Assembly (NCBI GenBank): GCA_000091205.1
Contig: AP006497.2
Origin: Cyanidioschyzon merolae
Lineage: Eukaryota
Direction: 5' to 3' (one strand)
DNA length: 64,000 nucleotides
The notes below the pieces were generated by a model. It was given only the letters and a program-made list of their open reading frames with translations. It was not told the DNA's origin and did no database searches. The translations under genes and the position numbers were made by a program. The first letter of the stretch is position 1. Each line of letters starts with the position of its first letter. Shown here piece by piece: positions 10,978 to 22,555 of the stretch.

Positions 10978-12941
10978 TCACAGTAAAACGGGTTGCAAAC
11001 TTTATCGTGTATGCGCGAGTTAGAGGACCCTCTCTATGCCATTCCGGCTCGGGCGTAGACTCAAACACCAACAGACATCTTGATCCGCGAGGCGTGTCTC
11101 GGCATGCTTTCGATGCTAGTAACGACAATTGATCTGCTTTCTGGCTAGTTTTTCTTTTTCGCAGGGTGCAGAATCGTTTACACAAAGCAGGTATCTCCGA
11201 TTGCGCAGTATTGTCAGCAGCCGGGAGAGCATCCATCTTTCCTCATCATACGCCCAGACGCTACCAGCTGCCGGCTACTGGAGACGCTCGTTTCGACAGC
11301 CGCTTCGTCAGCGTTCATGGTCGCTGAGGTGCATCAATCTCACCCGGTGCACGCCTGCTGCTGGCTCTCAGAAACGACTGCTTCGTCCCTGCACAGAGAC
11401 ACCCATGTTACGCCAATCGCAGACAGGTCGTCCGTTATGGAATACGTTCGCGACCTATCGACTGATATTCTGGGTAAAATGCAGGTTGGGAGCGCTGCTC
11501 GGCGAAAGGACGTCTTCACCAGACCCGCGAAGGCGTCACCTCGTAGACAAACGGATCGGGTCGGTGCATCCAATGTATCAGGCGGAAAGCTCTCTTCAAC
11601 CCAACCACCTCTGGAGACGAGGCTCTGTTGTCCATCTTCTGACAAGTCCGGTTTATCCTTTGTAGCAACGTGTGCCCTTGATATGCAGACATACTGCGAC
11701 AGTCCCCGAAGCTGTACTCTAGAAAATGTCTCTCGTCATGCGACGTTGAAGAGAGTCTGGCTATCACGATTAGGCTTTGCGGCAACCGGTTGCAGAGCTC
11801 ACAACGCCCCGCAGGCCTCTACAGAACGCGAACGAAAAAATATGATCAAAAGTACCAGGATTCATGGGCACTTATGGTGATCATGGAAGCGGCCGCAGTT
11901 TGTCGAGACAATGCCTTCGATGAGTCGCTCATGCATCCTCGATGAAACATAACAACATGTGCATCGTTCACGGGACATGCTTCAGCCATGGTTTTCGTAC
12001 GATCTACGATCGGCGCACCCGCCTAGATACTTTACAGGCTTTGTCTTTCGTGGAACAGGTAATTCAGTAGGATGTTTGCATACCAGAAGGCAACGGATCG
12101 CTCGCTGGCACTAGGCATGCACCAAGAAGACGTTCAGCAACGGAACGTGAGTTCCCCTGCTAAAGACGTCGAGCAGCTCCAATTTGGATATCGACGGACG
12201 ATGTTCCTCAGCAGCTCTTTCAAGCTCGTTCTCCTCTGCATTGCTTGAATGGTCAGTGACCTCGCGTCCACAGCAGCAAGCCCAAGACGTATATGAACGA
12301 GCTGCCGCTGACATAGCTGAGTGATAAGCGGCTAGTTGCCATCCGTACGCCAACATCAGAAAGCATCAGCATCGCTACCTTGTATACTTCCATCGTCGAG
12401 GTCGAGCGACCAGCGCAGATATCCTTGCGAACATCTGCAACAGAATTCGGTAAAACCGGTATCAACAAGTTGCTGATCTCCTAAACAAGGAAAACCATCA
12501 TGCTAAGCTACTGCTCTGGAGAGCAGCGCATGCTCCAAGCTCGCTGCGTTCAGCCATTCAGCATGAGCATAGCGCCACCGTGCTTGCTGCAGATATAAGA
12601 ATCCCGCCTATCTCGATAAAAGTGGCTGCTATGGGTGTACGCTGCCATCCGGGTCGCCGCACAGCAAGCGCACCACCAGCAACAGACGATGGAGCGTTAC
12701 TGCACCTGCGAAACAACGTTGCACATGCGCTGTGTTCAGGTTGTGGTGACGTCGCAGCACTAAAGCCGCGCCACGAAAGGAAGCAGCAACGAAGGCTATA
12801 GGCTCTGGACACTAGCACTGAGGATAACGTTAGATTAGAGTTGCACCCCTGAGACGAAGTTCTGCACGGTGAACGCTGTACGGAGCGAGCGGCGCCAGCT
12901 GCTGGGCGCAGCGGCCAGCGTTCCACTTCCAGTCACAGCGC

Positions 12942-15698
12942 ATGGGTCGGGCTCGGGAGCCCGCGTATCGTAAGAGGGGTTTTCAACGGACCTGGATCAG
13001 CAAAGTTTATCTGGCAAACTTAGGCGAGTCATCGGCGGTGGATGAAACGCAGTCCCCAAACCTCGGTCTAACGTGCTGGGCACCGTCGATATGTCCTGCT
13101 AGCCAGCACGGACGTGCTGGCGCTTTCCTCCCGCTGGCTTCTGGACCAATTGTTGGCCTCCTGAGGCACCGCCCGGACCGCAGAGAGCGCCTCCAGACGA
13201 GCTTGAACGCTCGGAGCGCCACCGCGGAAGCGAAACGCTTCTTTCTCCAGCGGCGTCGATGCCACCATGCACCGCAAGCCTTTTCTAGGGCGCTTCATAC
13301 ACCGCCGAGAGGCCAGCGCACGCTGCATGACTCCCAGTTTTTGGGAAGAGCAAGTGAGTTTCACCGACCTTGTCTGCTACGGCGACAAGCACGTGCACCA
13401 TGGTCCTTGTGCATGGAGCAAGGCGACCGCGCTTCCGCTTCGGAGCGTACAACTCCTCCGCGTACCGCAAATGACGTTCAGCAAGGCATCCAAGAGGCAA
13501 GTCAGCGAAAAGCCGGTGCACGAAGACACCCGGGGCGGCGTTTTGCTGCGTTTACGCAGATGCTGGCCCGTCGTTCGACCTACCGCGATGGCCTCGTGCT
13601 GCTCCTGCTCGTACTGCTGGCATATGCCATGGCGGGAACCACGAGTTATGCCATAACGCAGCGCTATGATCCAAGTGCGGTACGAATATCGTGCGACCCG
13701 CGCGTGCTACCGGCGTACGGTTTCCAGTCGCTCATGAGACTGGTACTGGCCTACGGATTCTCACTGGTATTCTCGTTAATCTACGCGTACATTGCGTACA
13801 GGGCCTCGTTTGCTGCGCAAGTGCTGCTTCTCATTATTGACGTTTTGCAATCCGTCCCTATTCTCGCTTTTGTCCCAGCAGCAGTGCTGGGCCTGATCGC
13901 CATGTTTCCAGGGCAACGCATTGGGGTCGAGCTGGCAGCGATGCTGTTGCTCTTCACCTCGATGGCGTGGAATATGCTTCTTGGCTTTTACCAGTCCCTA
14001 ATATCCATACCGCCGGACCTGATGGAGGCAGCCAGAATACTGCGACTCTCAGCGTGGCGGCGTTTTTGGTTGCTGGAAGCGCCTTCGGGCGTGTGCTCCC
14101 TCGTCTGGAACTCCATTATCTCCGTGTCCAGCGGGTGGTTCTTTCTGATAAGCATCGAGAGCTTCTCACTGGGGCCCGGCAGAGAATATCGTCTGCCGGG
14201 CTTGGGAAGTTTCCTTGCTGAGGCTGCGGATCGAGGCAATATGCGCGCGATCTTCTGGGGTCTGTTCACTGTAGTGTCGCTTATTATCTGCATCGATATG
14301 TTGATCTGGCGTCCGCTGATCGTCTGGAGTGAGCGCTTCAAGTTCTCGACGAACGCCAGTTCCGGCATCGGGGCGATCAGTTCGCTGCAGAGGAAGGCAT
14401 CGCGCTCGCCTTCGTCGTCGTCGTCTGGGCTGCGTTCGTCACTGGGGTCGGACGCTAATTTCGCGGATGAAGACGACGACCGCGAGAACGATAACTACGA
14501 CGACGACGACGACGATGATGATGAGAATGACGCGTCTTCTTTCGCGTGGGCTGGTGCACCACGTCGGCAGTTCCGTGTTCTGGAGCTTGTCCAGATACCG
14601 GATGCAACCGCGAGTGCCACAAGCAGCGCGCCCGGACTCGCGATCATGCACAGCATCGAAGGTGAGTCTGCTCCCGGAGCCGAGCAGGTTGTCATCCAAC
14701 AACGCGAACTGGACGCACCACGAAGCATCGTGTTTGCATATTTCCAGCGCTCTCCATTGATGCGTGCCGTTCACCGGCGATTCTTTCTGCCTCTCTGGCA
14801 GAAATTCATTGATGCAGACGTGATCTGGGAGCGTGCAACGGAAACAACTTCCCAGACGCTGGCACTAGCCTGGAAGCGCGTGCATCAGCCGCATCTGTTG
14901 CTGCGGCTCTGGGGCTTTATGGTTCGTTTGCTTACATGGAGCAGTGTGCTGGGCATCGCCTGGTTGGCGTTTCTGGCGTTTCGCGTTGCCCACCACGCGC
15001 TACGGATTCTGCAGACGATTTCGTGGCGCTCGTGGATCACCATTCTGAGCTGTGCTGGACTGACCTTTGGTCGTGTGCTGACGGCTTTAGCGCTCTCGTT
15101 ATTATGGACAGTTCCACTGGGGGTTGCTGTCGGGTGCTCACCGGCACTGGCTCGCGTCCTCCAGCCGCTAGTCCAGATCGCTGCTTCCGTGCCAGCGACG
15201 GCAGTATTCCCGTTTCTGCTCCTGGGGTTAGCGAATTTCGGCGGGCTTGGCTTGCAGATTGGCTCGATCCTCTTGATGATGTTCGGCACGATGTGGTACA
15301 TTCTGTTCAACGTCATTGCAGGTGCTGCAGCGATTCCCGCGGAGCTCTGGGAAGTTGACGCGGTTTACAACAAGGCCACAGACTCGTGGCTTGCTCGCCA
15401 GTGGAGACGATGGCGCTTTCTCATCCTGCCCGGTATCTTCCCATACCTCATCACTGGTATTGTTACGGCTGTTGGAGGCGCGTGGAATGCGAGCATCGTT
15501 AGTGAGTACGTCCAGTTCCAGGGCCAGATTTTATCGACCAAAGGTCTGGGGGCGCTCATATCGAACGCAGCGGCTCGTGGTGATTTACCGTTGCTGTTAG
15601 CGGGGACCCTGGTCATGTCTAGTTTGGTGCTGCTCACGAATCGTTTTGTCTGGGCGCCACTCTACAAGTTAGCGCGTGAACGCTACACGCTCAACTAG
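12942..15698 (+). CDS. Fused tandem ABC-importer-type permease with two BPD_transp_1-like transmembrane domains (NitT/TauT or SsuC/TauC/NrtB-like; compare bacterial duplicated-permease COG4986). A low-complexity Ser/Asp-rich linker joins the two domains. The conserved part probably starts at the ATG at 13560; upstream is an Arg-rich extension of 206 aa.
   Basis: ATG verified at 12942 and at 13560. Domain 1 (about 13560-14350) is six-TM-like and ends with an EAA loop MEAARILRLSAWRRFWLLEAPSG. The linker reads SSSSSS...DEDDDRENDNYDDDDDDDDEND (TCG and GAC/GAT microsatellites at 14411-14425 and 14497-14522). Domain 2 (about 14770-15698) carries a second EAA-like loop ELWEVDAVYNKATDSWLARQWRRWRFLILPGIFPYL and a C-terminal TM bundle. 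The EAA motif is the signature cytoplasmic loop of binding-protein-dependent ABC importer permeases. Confidence 0.75.
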   Translation: MGRAREPAYRKRGFQRTWISKVYLANLGESSAVDETQSPNLGLTCWAPSICPASQHGRAGAFLPLASGPIVGLLRHRPDRRERLQTSLNARSATAEAKRFFLQRRRCHHAPQAFSRALHTPPRGQRTLHDSQFLGRASEFHRPCLLRRQARAPWSLCMEQGDRASASERTTPPRTANDVQQGIQEASQRKAGARRHPGRRFAAFTQMLARRSTYRDGLVLLLLVLLAYAMAGTTSYAITQRYDPSAVRISCDPRVLPAYGFQSLMRLVLAYGFSLVFSLIYAYIAYRASFAAQVLLLIIDVLQSVPILAFVPAAVLGLIAMFPGQRIGVELAAMLLLFTSMAWNMLLGFYQSLISIPPDLMEAARILRLSAWRRFWLLEAPSGVCSLVWNSIISVSSGWFFLISIESFSLGPGREYRLPGLGSFLAEAADRGNMRAIFWGLFTVVSLIICIDMLIWRPLIVWSERFKFSTNASSGIGAISSLQRKASRSPSSSSSGLRSSLGSDANFADEDDDRENDNYDDDDDDDDENDASSFAWAGAPRRQFRVLELVQIPDATASATSSAPGLAIMHSIEGESAPGAEQVVIQQRELDAPRSIVFAYFQRSPLMRAVHRRFFLPLWQKFIDADVIWERATETTSQTLALAWKRVHQPHLLLRLWGFMVRLLTWSSVLGIAWLAFLAFRVAHHALRILQTISWRSWITILSCAGLTFGRVLTALALSLLWTVPLGVAVGCSPALARVLQPLVQIAASVPATAVFPFLLLGLANFGGLGLQIGSILLMMFGTMWYILFNVIAGAAAIPAELWEVDAVYNKATDSWLARQWRRWRFLILPGIFPYLITGIVTAVGGAWNASIVSEYVQFQGQILSTKGLGALISNAAARGDLPLLLAGTLVMSSLVLLTNRFVWAPLYKLARERYTLN

Positions 15699-16209
15699 GA
15701 GCAGCGCAGTGACGCCGATCCAGGTTGTTTCACTGCTAGGATTGGAGGCTCTTTGTGATGATAGATCCCCTGGTATCTGTGTTCGATACCTGTAGTGGTG
15801 CAACTTGCAAGACTAGACCCTAACTTTAAATCAGTTCTGTGTTTAGTACATGGCTCATGAATGACTAGTGCGTTCTTCGGGATTAGACGGTAAAATGCAG
15901 CACTTTGGTTACTCCGGGCGCTAGGCTTGCCCAGTGACAGTCTTCCCGATGACAGGTGCTTCAATACAACAAAGCGCATCCAGAGAGCGATGCAAGGCCT
16001 ACCTTCTCAGCATGATCGGTGTCGGGAAACGCCCTGCATGACAACGTGTCGTCAACCGTTATACCGGGGGCGGTACGGGAACGCTCCGTACGCGAAGCCA
16101 TCGTCATGCTGCGCGTTTGCTCTGCTTCTGCAGGTCCGAATCATCCATGCAACATATACAATCAATAACTTTTAGCATATGCGTCTCCGGATGCAAACAC
16201 AATGCATCA

Positions 16210-17088
16210 CTAGCGACTTTTTTGCTGGTGTGAAGACGCACCCCGTCGCTGCGGCGCCCTCGCCCGGACAGCTGCAGATTTCAATGGGTTCGGGAAGAAC
16301 GCGTTTCGGTTCAGTGACTTGTACTCGGCAAAGTTCTCCAAATACCACTGATGGTTGCTCCGTGCCCTGGGGTATAAGTTCGAAAACGTCCAAAGCGCGA
16401 ATGAGAACGCTGCCCACGTCTGTGCGGCGATCGCAAAACCCGTCCATTCCACAAACTCAGAGAAGTAGTTCGGCGCGCTGACGTAGCGATACAGACCACC
16501 ATATGGAATAGCGTAACGTTTCTCTTTGATCTCTTCAGGGTTTCGCCGCAACGCTCTCGTGATCGCGTCGCTATGCCAGTTGCCAATCAAGCCACACACC
16601 CAAAGCAATAAGCCGCTGCAGAATGCCCAGTCCAAGGACCGACGCGAGCGAATGACCAATTCGTAAACGAACAGTGCTTTCGCATTTAAATAGGTGTTAA
16701 TGACGCAGAACAGGATAGCTGTCGAAACAACAGTGAAGGTGGTAGGCTTCGAGCCTCCACGCATCCGCAGAGGGAACACAAAGGCGCGGTTCGCATAGTG
16801 AACAAGCCAACAGAACGCCAACGTAACAGTCATCCACTCCCGTTCATCAAACCCGAGCTTCAAGAGTTTGTCGGTACGCTGACGAAGCCAACGAGTCAGG
16901 TACACGGCCATAATCAGGAACGAGGGGCTCTCTTGTATGATCCAGCCCAGGTCGCTGCGCAGCGTAGGGCCCCAGCCGGTACGCAAATGCCGCCCGTATG
17001 GTGCTGATACGAGGAAAAGCACTGGAAACACAAGTACGGCGAGAGCAATCCAGCTCCATAATAGTGCATCATCCGAAAGAAGGTTCAT
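16210..17088 (-). CDS. 3-oxo-5-alpha-steroid 4-dehydrogenase family protein (SRD5A/DET2-like steroid or polyprenol reductase), 292 aa.
   Basis: ATG verified at 17088. It is a multi-TM protein with the C-terminal signature ...KRYAIPYGGLYRYVSAPNYFSEFVEWTGFAIAAQTW..., matching the Steroid_dh motif P.GG.FxYVS.PNYxGE..EW.G.A. Confidence 0.8.
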   Translation of the reverse strand: MNLLSDDALLWSWIALAVLVFPVLFLVSAPYGRHLRTGWGPTLRSDLGWIIQESPSFLIMAVYLTRWLRQRTDKLLKLGFDEREWMTVTLAFCWLVHYANRAFVFPLRMRGGSKPTTFTVVSTAILFCVINTYLNAKALFVYELVIRSRRSLDWAFCSGLLLWVCGLIGNWHSDAITRALRRNPEEIKEKRYAIPYGGLYRYVSAPNYFSEFVEWTGFAIAAQTWAAFSFALWTFSNLYPRARSNHQWYLENFAEYKSLNRNAFFPNPLKSAAVRARAPQRRGASSHQQKSR

Positions 17089-17483
17089 TATGAAAGGGGG
17101 CGATACCGCTTCACGTTCAAAACACCACGATCCAATTCTGTATCATAGCCGTATGTGAAGCGCGAGGTGATATGCGGTGCGGCGCATCATCAGAGACGCC
17201 ATCCCTGCACGAGATCGATGCGCCTGAACGGTTTCAATCTGTATATTTCTTGACATGATGGAAGGGAATGGACATGGCATGAACGGATCCAACACAGCCA
17301 TGAACGCCCATGATATAAATTAGAACATCAATGTATCTGTTAGTACAAGGAAGACAGTCGGTTGACGGATGCACCCCTGGCGGACGCACTGCGTACCCGC
17401 TGCAGCGACTGTGCAGAACGTTGCCTGCACCTCCGGCAGCTGGTCTCTTTGGTTACCGTGGTTCGCTCTTCACAGAGTCAGCG

Positions 17484-19586
17484 ATGGTGTTCTTGATTGT
17501 GGATTTTAGCGAAGTAAGCCGGGGTGGCGTGAAAGCGCGGGTCCAGGTTACACCGAACAGCCTGCTGTCGGAAGTTCTGCGACAAGCCTGGGAACAGGTG
17601 CAGACAAGGTGCGGGAGCGCTGTTGGCGACGCTGCCGAGCCTCGGCTCGCATCTTTACCGGCAAACTGGGGACTTCGGCATGGGAAACGCTGGCTAGACT
17701 TGTCGCTACCTTTTCGGCTGTCGGGTTTATCGGCTCAGGCCCGGATAGTTGTTGACGAGCGCAGTGTCAGTGAAACGGCGAAGACGAGCGTTACTGGAAA
17801 ACCTGGACAGACAGCAGACCTCGCTCAGGGCGTCACACCTGCGCATTCGCTGACTGTGGCTGTGCAGTACGAGAGCGACCCCCCAGAGCGCTACATCGCA
17901 CCTGCAGTATTGGAGGATACGCTCTGGAGCGTGCTCGAGCGGGCGAATCCGGAGCGTCTGTGGTGGTGCCGCCCCTACTTGCTAGTCGCACGGTACCTGG
18001 AGACTGCGCACTATGGAGTCAGCCATTTTCGAAGCCTCCGCTTACGAGATCTGGGCCTAAGTCCGGGCACGCGTCTCCTGATTCGAATACAGTGCCTCAC
18101 CACGGATGACGACTCCGGTGGCTGGGAGGAGGTGGAAGCGTCGGCAGGGGCGGCTCGATCGCCGGTCGCTTCCAACAGGCACGATCACGCGGATGCAACA
18201 GGCGGTTCTGATATCGCATCTGTGGACAAGGTGAGCAGCGGTCAGGCGGCGACGCGAGAATCACAGGCAACTGCCGATTTGCATCTGCAGCATGTCGAGC
18301 AGCAAAGTACGCACCTGGTTTTGGGAAATCCAGGAGCGAAGTCCGCTTTCGTGGATGCCCCAGCACGCGTGCTCGACACTGTCTCCCGAACGATCGAGGA
18401 GCCAGCAGCATCATCTCCGCAAGGAGAGCGCGTGCCGGTTACTGGCTCCAGTGATCCCTCGACTGCCAATGGTGATCGGCAAAGAGACACGCGAGCCGAC
18501 GCGAGCACGAACCCACGGACACCGTCGCCTTCAAGTCGAGGCGCGAGGCCGTCCACTTACGCTCTTGTCGAGATGCACGAAGTGGACACCTCTGTCCCGA
18601 AAGTCGATGGAGTCGTAGCTGAGCCAGCGGATGCACGAAACTCGGCCTCGTCGGTGAACACGGAATCAGGTACAACCCAGATACCTATACAGGGAGCGGA
18701 GTCAACCTCGGAGCTGCTGATTCCAGGTCGCACTGCATCTGACGCCCCTGTTTTAGAGACGAACGGAAATGCAGGAGCACCTGCAGGTCAGGTGCCTGAG
18801 CGGTATGTCCGTTTCTACCTGCCGACGACGATCCGCTTTGATGCGCAGCTCCTCGACCTACCCGATACTTTTTACGATCTAACACCGGGGGAACTGCGAC
18901 GGATCCTTCATGCACAGCAGCGACAACAGGAAGAAGCAACCGTTCTCCGAACCCGCAGGCATACAACTGCTTCACGAGCAGGCGCAACGCAGCCGGAGCA
19001 GTGTGTGGTACGTGTCCGGCTTCCCGATCAGACGGTCATTGAGGGTCGTTTCTGGTGCAACGAAAGCCTAGACGACCTGTACGCTTTCGTGCGGCGCTTT
19101 GTAACGAGCACGAACGGGGCCTTGGACGCATTCAAGCTCTATCAAACGCCACCGAAACGGGTGCTGCATGCCGGGCCAACAACGCTGCACCAAGTGCAAC
19201 TCTGCCCAGCTTCTGTGCTAGTCCTGGTTCCGTCAACATCGAATACGTATGTTACTCTGGGCTTGCGCCCAGAATTTCGTTCTCGCTTGGAGAAGTCCCC
19301 GCTGGAGGCTGCATTTGCGAAGGAGGTTGCACAGGCAGAGGCGCTGCGTCGCGAGTATGCTGGTGTCATTTCGTCACCACATACCACGCCACCGGAGGCT
19401 GCCGCGGCGACCGCAGACGGCACGGCAGCCAACGCCGGCAAGCAGATTCGTTCGGAAGATGCAGGTACCGGAGATCGCGAGCCGGATGCTTTCTCGAAGG
19501 CGGATAGAGCTCGCAACGACGCTGAGCAGCAGTTGAAGCAGCGGTTGCCCAAGTGGTGGCGGCGTCCTCCAGGTGGGCGTTCGTGA
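17484..19586 (+). CDS. UBX-domain protein of the TUG/ASPSCR1 (UBXD9) type: an N-terminal TUG-UBL1 domain, a long disordered middle and a C-terminal UBX domain. The track ORF starts at 17331; the homologous start is the ATG at 17484.
   Basis: The N-terminus MVFLIVDFSEVSRGGVKARVQVTPNSLLSEVLRQAWEQ...RWLDLSLPFRLSGLSAQARIVV resembles the ASPSCR1 TUG-UBL1 (TVKVTPSTVLLQVLEDTCRRQ...LDLSLQWRFANL). The C-terminus VVRVRLPDQTVIEGRFWCNESLDDLYAFVRRFV...FKLYQTPPKRVL has the UBX pattern (R.P.G......F.....L.DLY.FV......F.L....P). Confidence 0.7.
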   Translation: MVFLIVDFSEVSRGGVKARVQVTPNSLLSEVLRQAWEQVQTRCGSAVGDAAEPRLASLPANWGLRHGKRWLDLSLPFRLSGLSAQARIVVDERSVSETAKTSVTGKPGQTADLAQGVTPAHSLTVAVQYESDPPERYIAPAVLEDTLWSVLERANPERLWWCRPYLLVARYLETAHYGVSHFRSLRLRDLGLSPGTRLLIRIQCLTTDDDSGGWEEVEASAGAARSPVASNRHDHADATGGSDIASVDKVSSGQAATRESQATADLHLQHVEQQSTHLVLGNPGAKSAFVDAPARVLDTVSRTIEEPAASSPQGERVPVTGSSDPSTANGDRQRDTRADASTNPRTPSPSSRGARPSTYALVEMHEVDTSVPKVDGVVAEPADARNSASSVNTESGTTQIPIQGAESTSELLIPGRTASDAPVLETNGNAGAPAGQVPERYVRFYLPTTIRFDAQLLDLPDTFYDLTPGELRRILHAQQRQQEEATVLRTRRHTTASRAGATQPEQCVVRVRLPDQTVIEGRFWCNESLDDLYAFVRRFVTSTNGALDAFKLYQTPPKRVLHAGPTTLHQVQLCPASVLVLVPSTSNTYVTLGLRPEFRSRLEKSPLEAAFAKEVAQAEALRREYAGVISSPHTTPPEAAAATADGTAANAGKQIRSEDAGTGDREPDAFSKADRARNDAEQQLKQRLPKWWRRPPGGRS

Positions 19587-20799
19587 ATCCTTCTGTTCGG
19601 GTCAGGAAATCCACAGCTTTGCAGCTTCTGACTCGTGTTGCGTGCAGCGAGGGCAACTCAGCCGGCATGGACGCCCTCACAAACACGCCCATGCACACAC
19701 GCAAACGCACGTCTACGCCCCGGACTAGAGACAGAGCACTCGGTTGCCGGTACGGAGTCATCACGTCTACACATGCGGTTTGCGCCCAGTGCGCGTCTGC
19801 ACATATCCACGCAGGCGAAACAGATGCCGAATTTGAGACGCTCTGATCAGTCACCAGAGCGCTCTGTCGCCGGTAAACTTTCGTTGCGAGAGTCGCTACT
19901 TTTGCAGCAACTACCGCAGACATGAGTATAGTTTCTTTTACCCCGCAATTGCCTGCGTTTCCGCTACGCAGCATGGAACGCTCCCGTTGCATAATCCAGG
20001 CTCAGCTGCGCGGTGTCGTCCAGTTCGAGCCTCTGTCGCTGTCTTAGATTCTAAACCGGCAATGTATCGCTTGTTTAAACATCGCCGAAGCCTACAATAC
20101 AACAACCGCTCGGCAACAGTGGCGACACGTACAGCGTCTCTTGCTCGACGCCCATTCCAGGAGACGTCTCCGCACGATGTCTCACTATCTCATGATGCGG
20201 ACGAAGCGTCCTCATTCGGTCAGACGTTCTCAGGTGGCGGTTATGGCGCTGCTGGACCCCGAGCATTCTCGCATTCGCGTACGCACTGAGTGCCAGCATA
20301 CGATCCTGGGACGCGCTTGGCGCCTAATCCGCAAGCTTCTTTCATGGAGTCGGATTTATGCATCAGACCAGGATTCCCCGAGAAGGCATTTTCAGCTGTT
20401 AAGCAAGAAAAAAAGAGCTAAGCTCTCCGGATCCATCAGCATTCTACGTACCCCAGAGTGGTTTCCAAGTCTGGAAAGAAAGATAGACCAGGCTGGTGCG
20501 ATCGGTGTTCTGGGTGCAGCGTCTTGTGCTGACGCCTCCGGTAACGCGGAATGCGCCGGTTCCGCCACGGTTTTCGCACGGCGACGTCACGGCTTGGGCG
20601 AATGCCTCGTACGGTTTCTTTCATGACCTAGGACCGTTGTTTCTGACCAAGGATCCCCTAGTGACTGTCACCTATCGATATCGAAGGAAATGTCGTGAAC
20701 GGGTGAAGACGCGCAGTCTCAGCTCCGGGGCATCGATGCACGGAGCAGCAGCATAGAAGCTGGACGTATCTGGTCAATGATGATCCTATCCGTTCTCAT

Positions 20800-20880
20800 G
20801 CGTGACAATGGTAGATAAGATCCTAAACATTCATAAAATTACAAATAAGTATAATATAATACATATTCATAAAGGAGCAT
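20800..20880. promoter_or_regulatory. AT-rich island about 110 bp upstream of the RPS11 start codon; a candidate core promoter region.
   Basis: cctaaacattcataaaattacaaataagtataatataatacatattcataaagg is a roughly 80% A+T block in an otherwise ~57% GC window, sitting immediately 5' of a highly expressed gene class. Its function is inferred only. Confidence 0.3.
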
Positions 20881-20991
20881 GGGCGCCGTCGCAGCGCGCA
20901 CGTCGTCAGCGCATCGCAATCTCTGCCTCAGTGCACCGCTATTAGTTTGGACGCTAACGTCAAGTTTTCGTGTTGGTTAGTGTGACTGCGC

Positions 20992-21468
20992 ATGACCGAG
21001 GTGCAGACAGAGCGTGCGTTCCAGAAGCAGGAGGCGGTGTCGTTGAATGGGCCGGCAGTGAGATTCCATGGTGCCCGGAAGCGCTGGTACAAGTCTATCG
21101 GGCTCGGGATCAAGATCCCGCGCGAAGCCATCGAAGGCACGTATATCGACAAAAAGTGCCCCTTCACGAGCAACGTGAGCATCCGTGGCCGTATTCTTCG
21201 TGGCGTAGTTGTGAGTACTAAAATGACGCGCACAGTCATTGTGCGACGGGACTATTTACACTGGGTGGCCAAGTACCGGCGGTACGAGCGCCGGCACCGC
21301 AACATTCCGTGCCATGCCGCGCCCTGCTTTCGGTTACAAGAGGGAGACATTGTTACCATTGGCCAGTGTCGACCTCTGAGTAAAACTGTGCGCTTTAACG
21401 TTATCCGAGTTGATCGATCTGCTGGCGGAAAAGACAGGACTGGCAAGAAGATGTTCACGGGTCTATAA
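20992..21468 (+). CDS. RPS11: 40S ribosomal protein S11 (uS17), 158 aa, intron-less.
   Basis: ATG verified at 20992. [13 protein letters not shown]...[81 protein letters not shown]...[23 protein letters not shown] is nearly collinear with human RPS11 ([41 protein letters not shown]...). Confidence 0.95.
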   Translation: MTEVQTERAFQKQEAVSLNGPAVRFHGARKRWYKSIGLGIKIPREAIEGTYIDKKCPFTSNVSIRGRILRGVVVSTKMTRTVIVRRDYLHWVAKYRRYERRHRNIPCHAAPCFRLQEGDIVTIGQCRPLSKTVRFNVIRVDRSAGGKDRTGKKMFTGL

Positions 21469-22555
21469 GTGTTGCACATAGTGCGCAGGCGTGGCGAACG
21501 CGTTCCACGTAACCGGCGTCGCGAACATACACACACACTAGGAACCGTTAAGGCACGAGGGCGCCTAGATCGGAACAGGTTTCTGGAACTGATATGGGTA
21601 CGTCGGCAGTTCGTGCGGATAGGTTTGGGACAATCTTGAAGCGGTATGCGCGAGTCTGGTCGAGAGGCGTAGCTACCAGTTCACGGGCGCAAGCGCGTCC
21701 GACGAGACCTCTCACTGCCACGCCCAGAGGATGCCTCTCGTGCGGGCGTGAAGGATCACACATGTTCGTGTGTTGGGACCTACTTTTCTGCGTCTGTGAA
21801 GGTATGGCGAACGCTGTGGTGTGGGCGTTGTGCCCGATATAGGAGATGCATCGCGCGGTATCTGTTTGATGCTGGTTCAAACGTCTCTTTTTTCCAGCGG
21901 CGGAAGTATCCGATTCTATGTTGTTTTCCTCGATGGTGCAGTAATTGATCTGCCGACGCTCCAGAACCGCCCAGAGACACTGCGGTTACGCGCATCGCTC
22001 ACACTACATCCAACATGAGAGTTTAGAGTGCAATAAAAATCGCAGCACCGCACACATACACCTAGTGCAGAATAAAATAGGACGGGCCTAGTCACCTAAA
22101 ACGAGTGTACCCTCTGAAGCTTGCATTCCTTTGCATTGTCATGAACATAAGCGTTTACGGTTTGTAGGCGACAATTTCCTTTGCTTCCTACTCATCTGCG
22201 ATTTGAAACGCGCAGGTCCCTCACGTCCGTCCAGTTCCGTGTTCAGCAACCAGGAGATGTTGATGGTAGCTGTACGATCCCGACGTCGCTGATTTCGAAT
22301 GTTGCCCGTGTACTTCATGCGCAGGCGGTAGTTGCCATCTATACTGCAGTCGATATCTGCATTTGCGTTTTATACACGCTTGGAACGTGGTTCGCGGCGT
22401 TGACACTTGACTTTGGTTAGGTGTTCCCTCTGTGTCCACCGATTCTCCATGTCCTTCGATGGCCGGTCTGTGACTCGTCAGGGCTTCCTGCATCGCTCGA
22501 CACATGCCCTGCATGGATACCGGAGGCTCCCTCGATGCTCTCCTCCGACTCCCGG

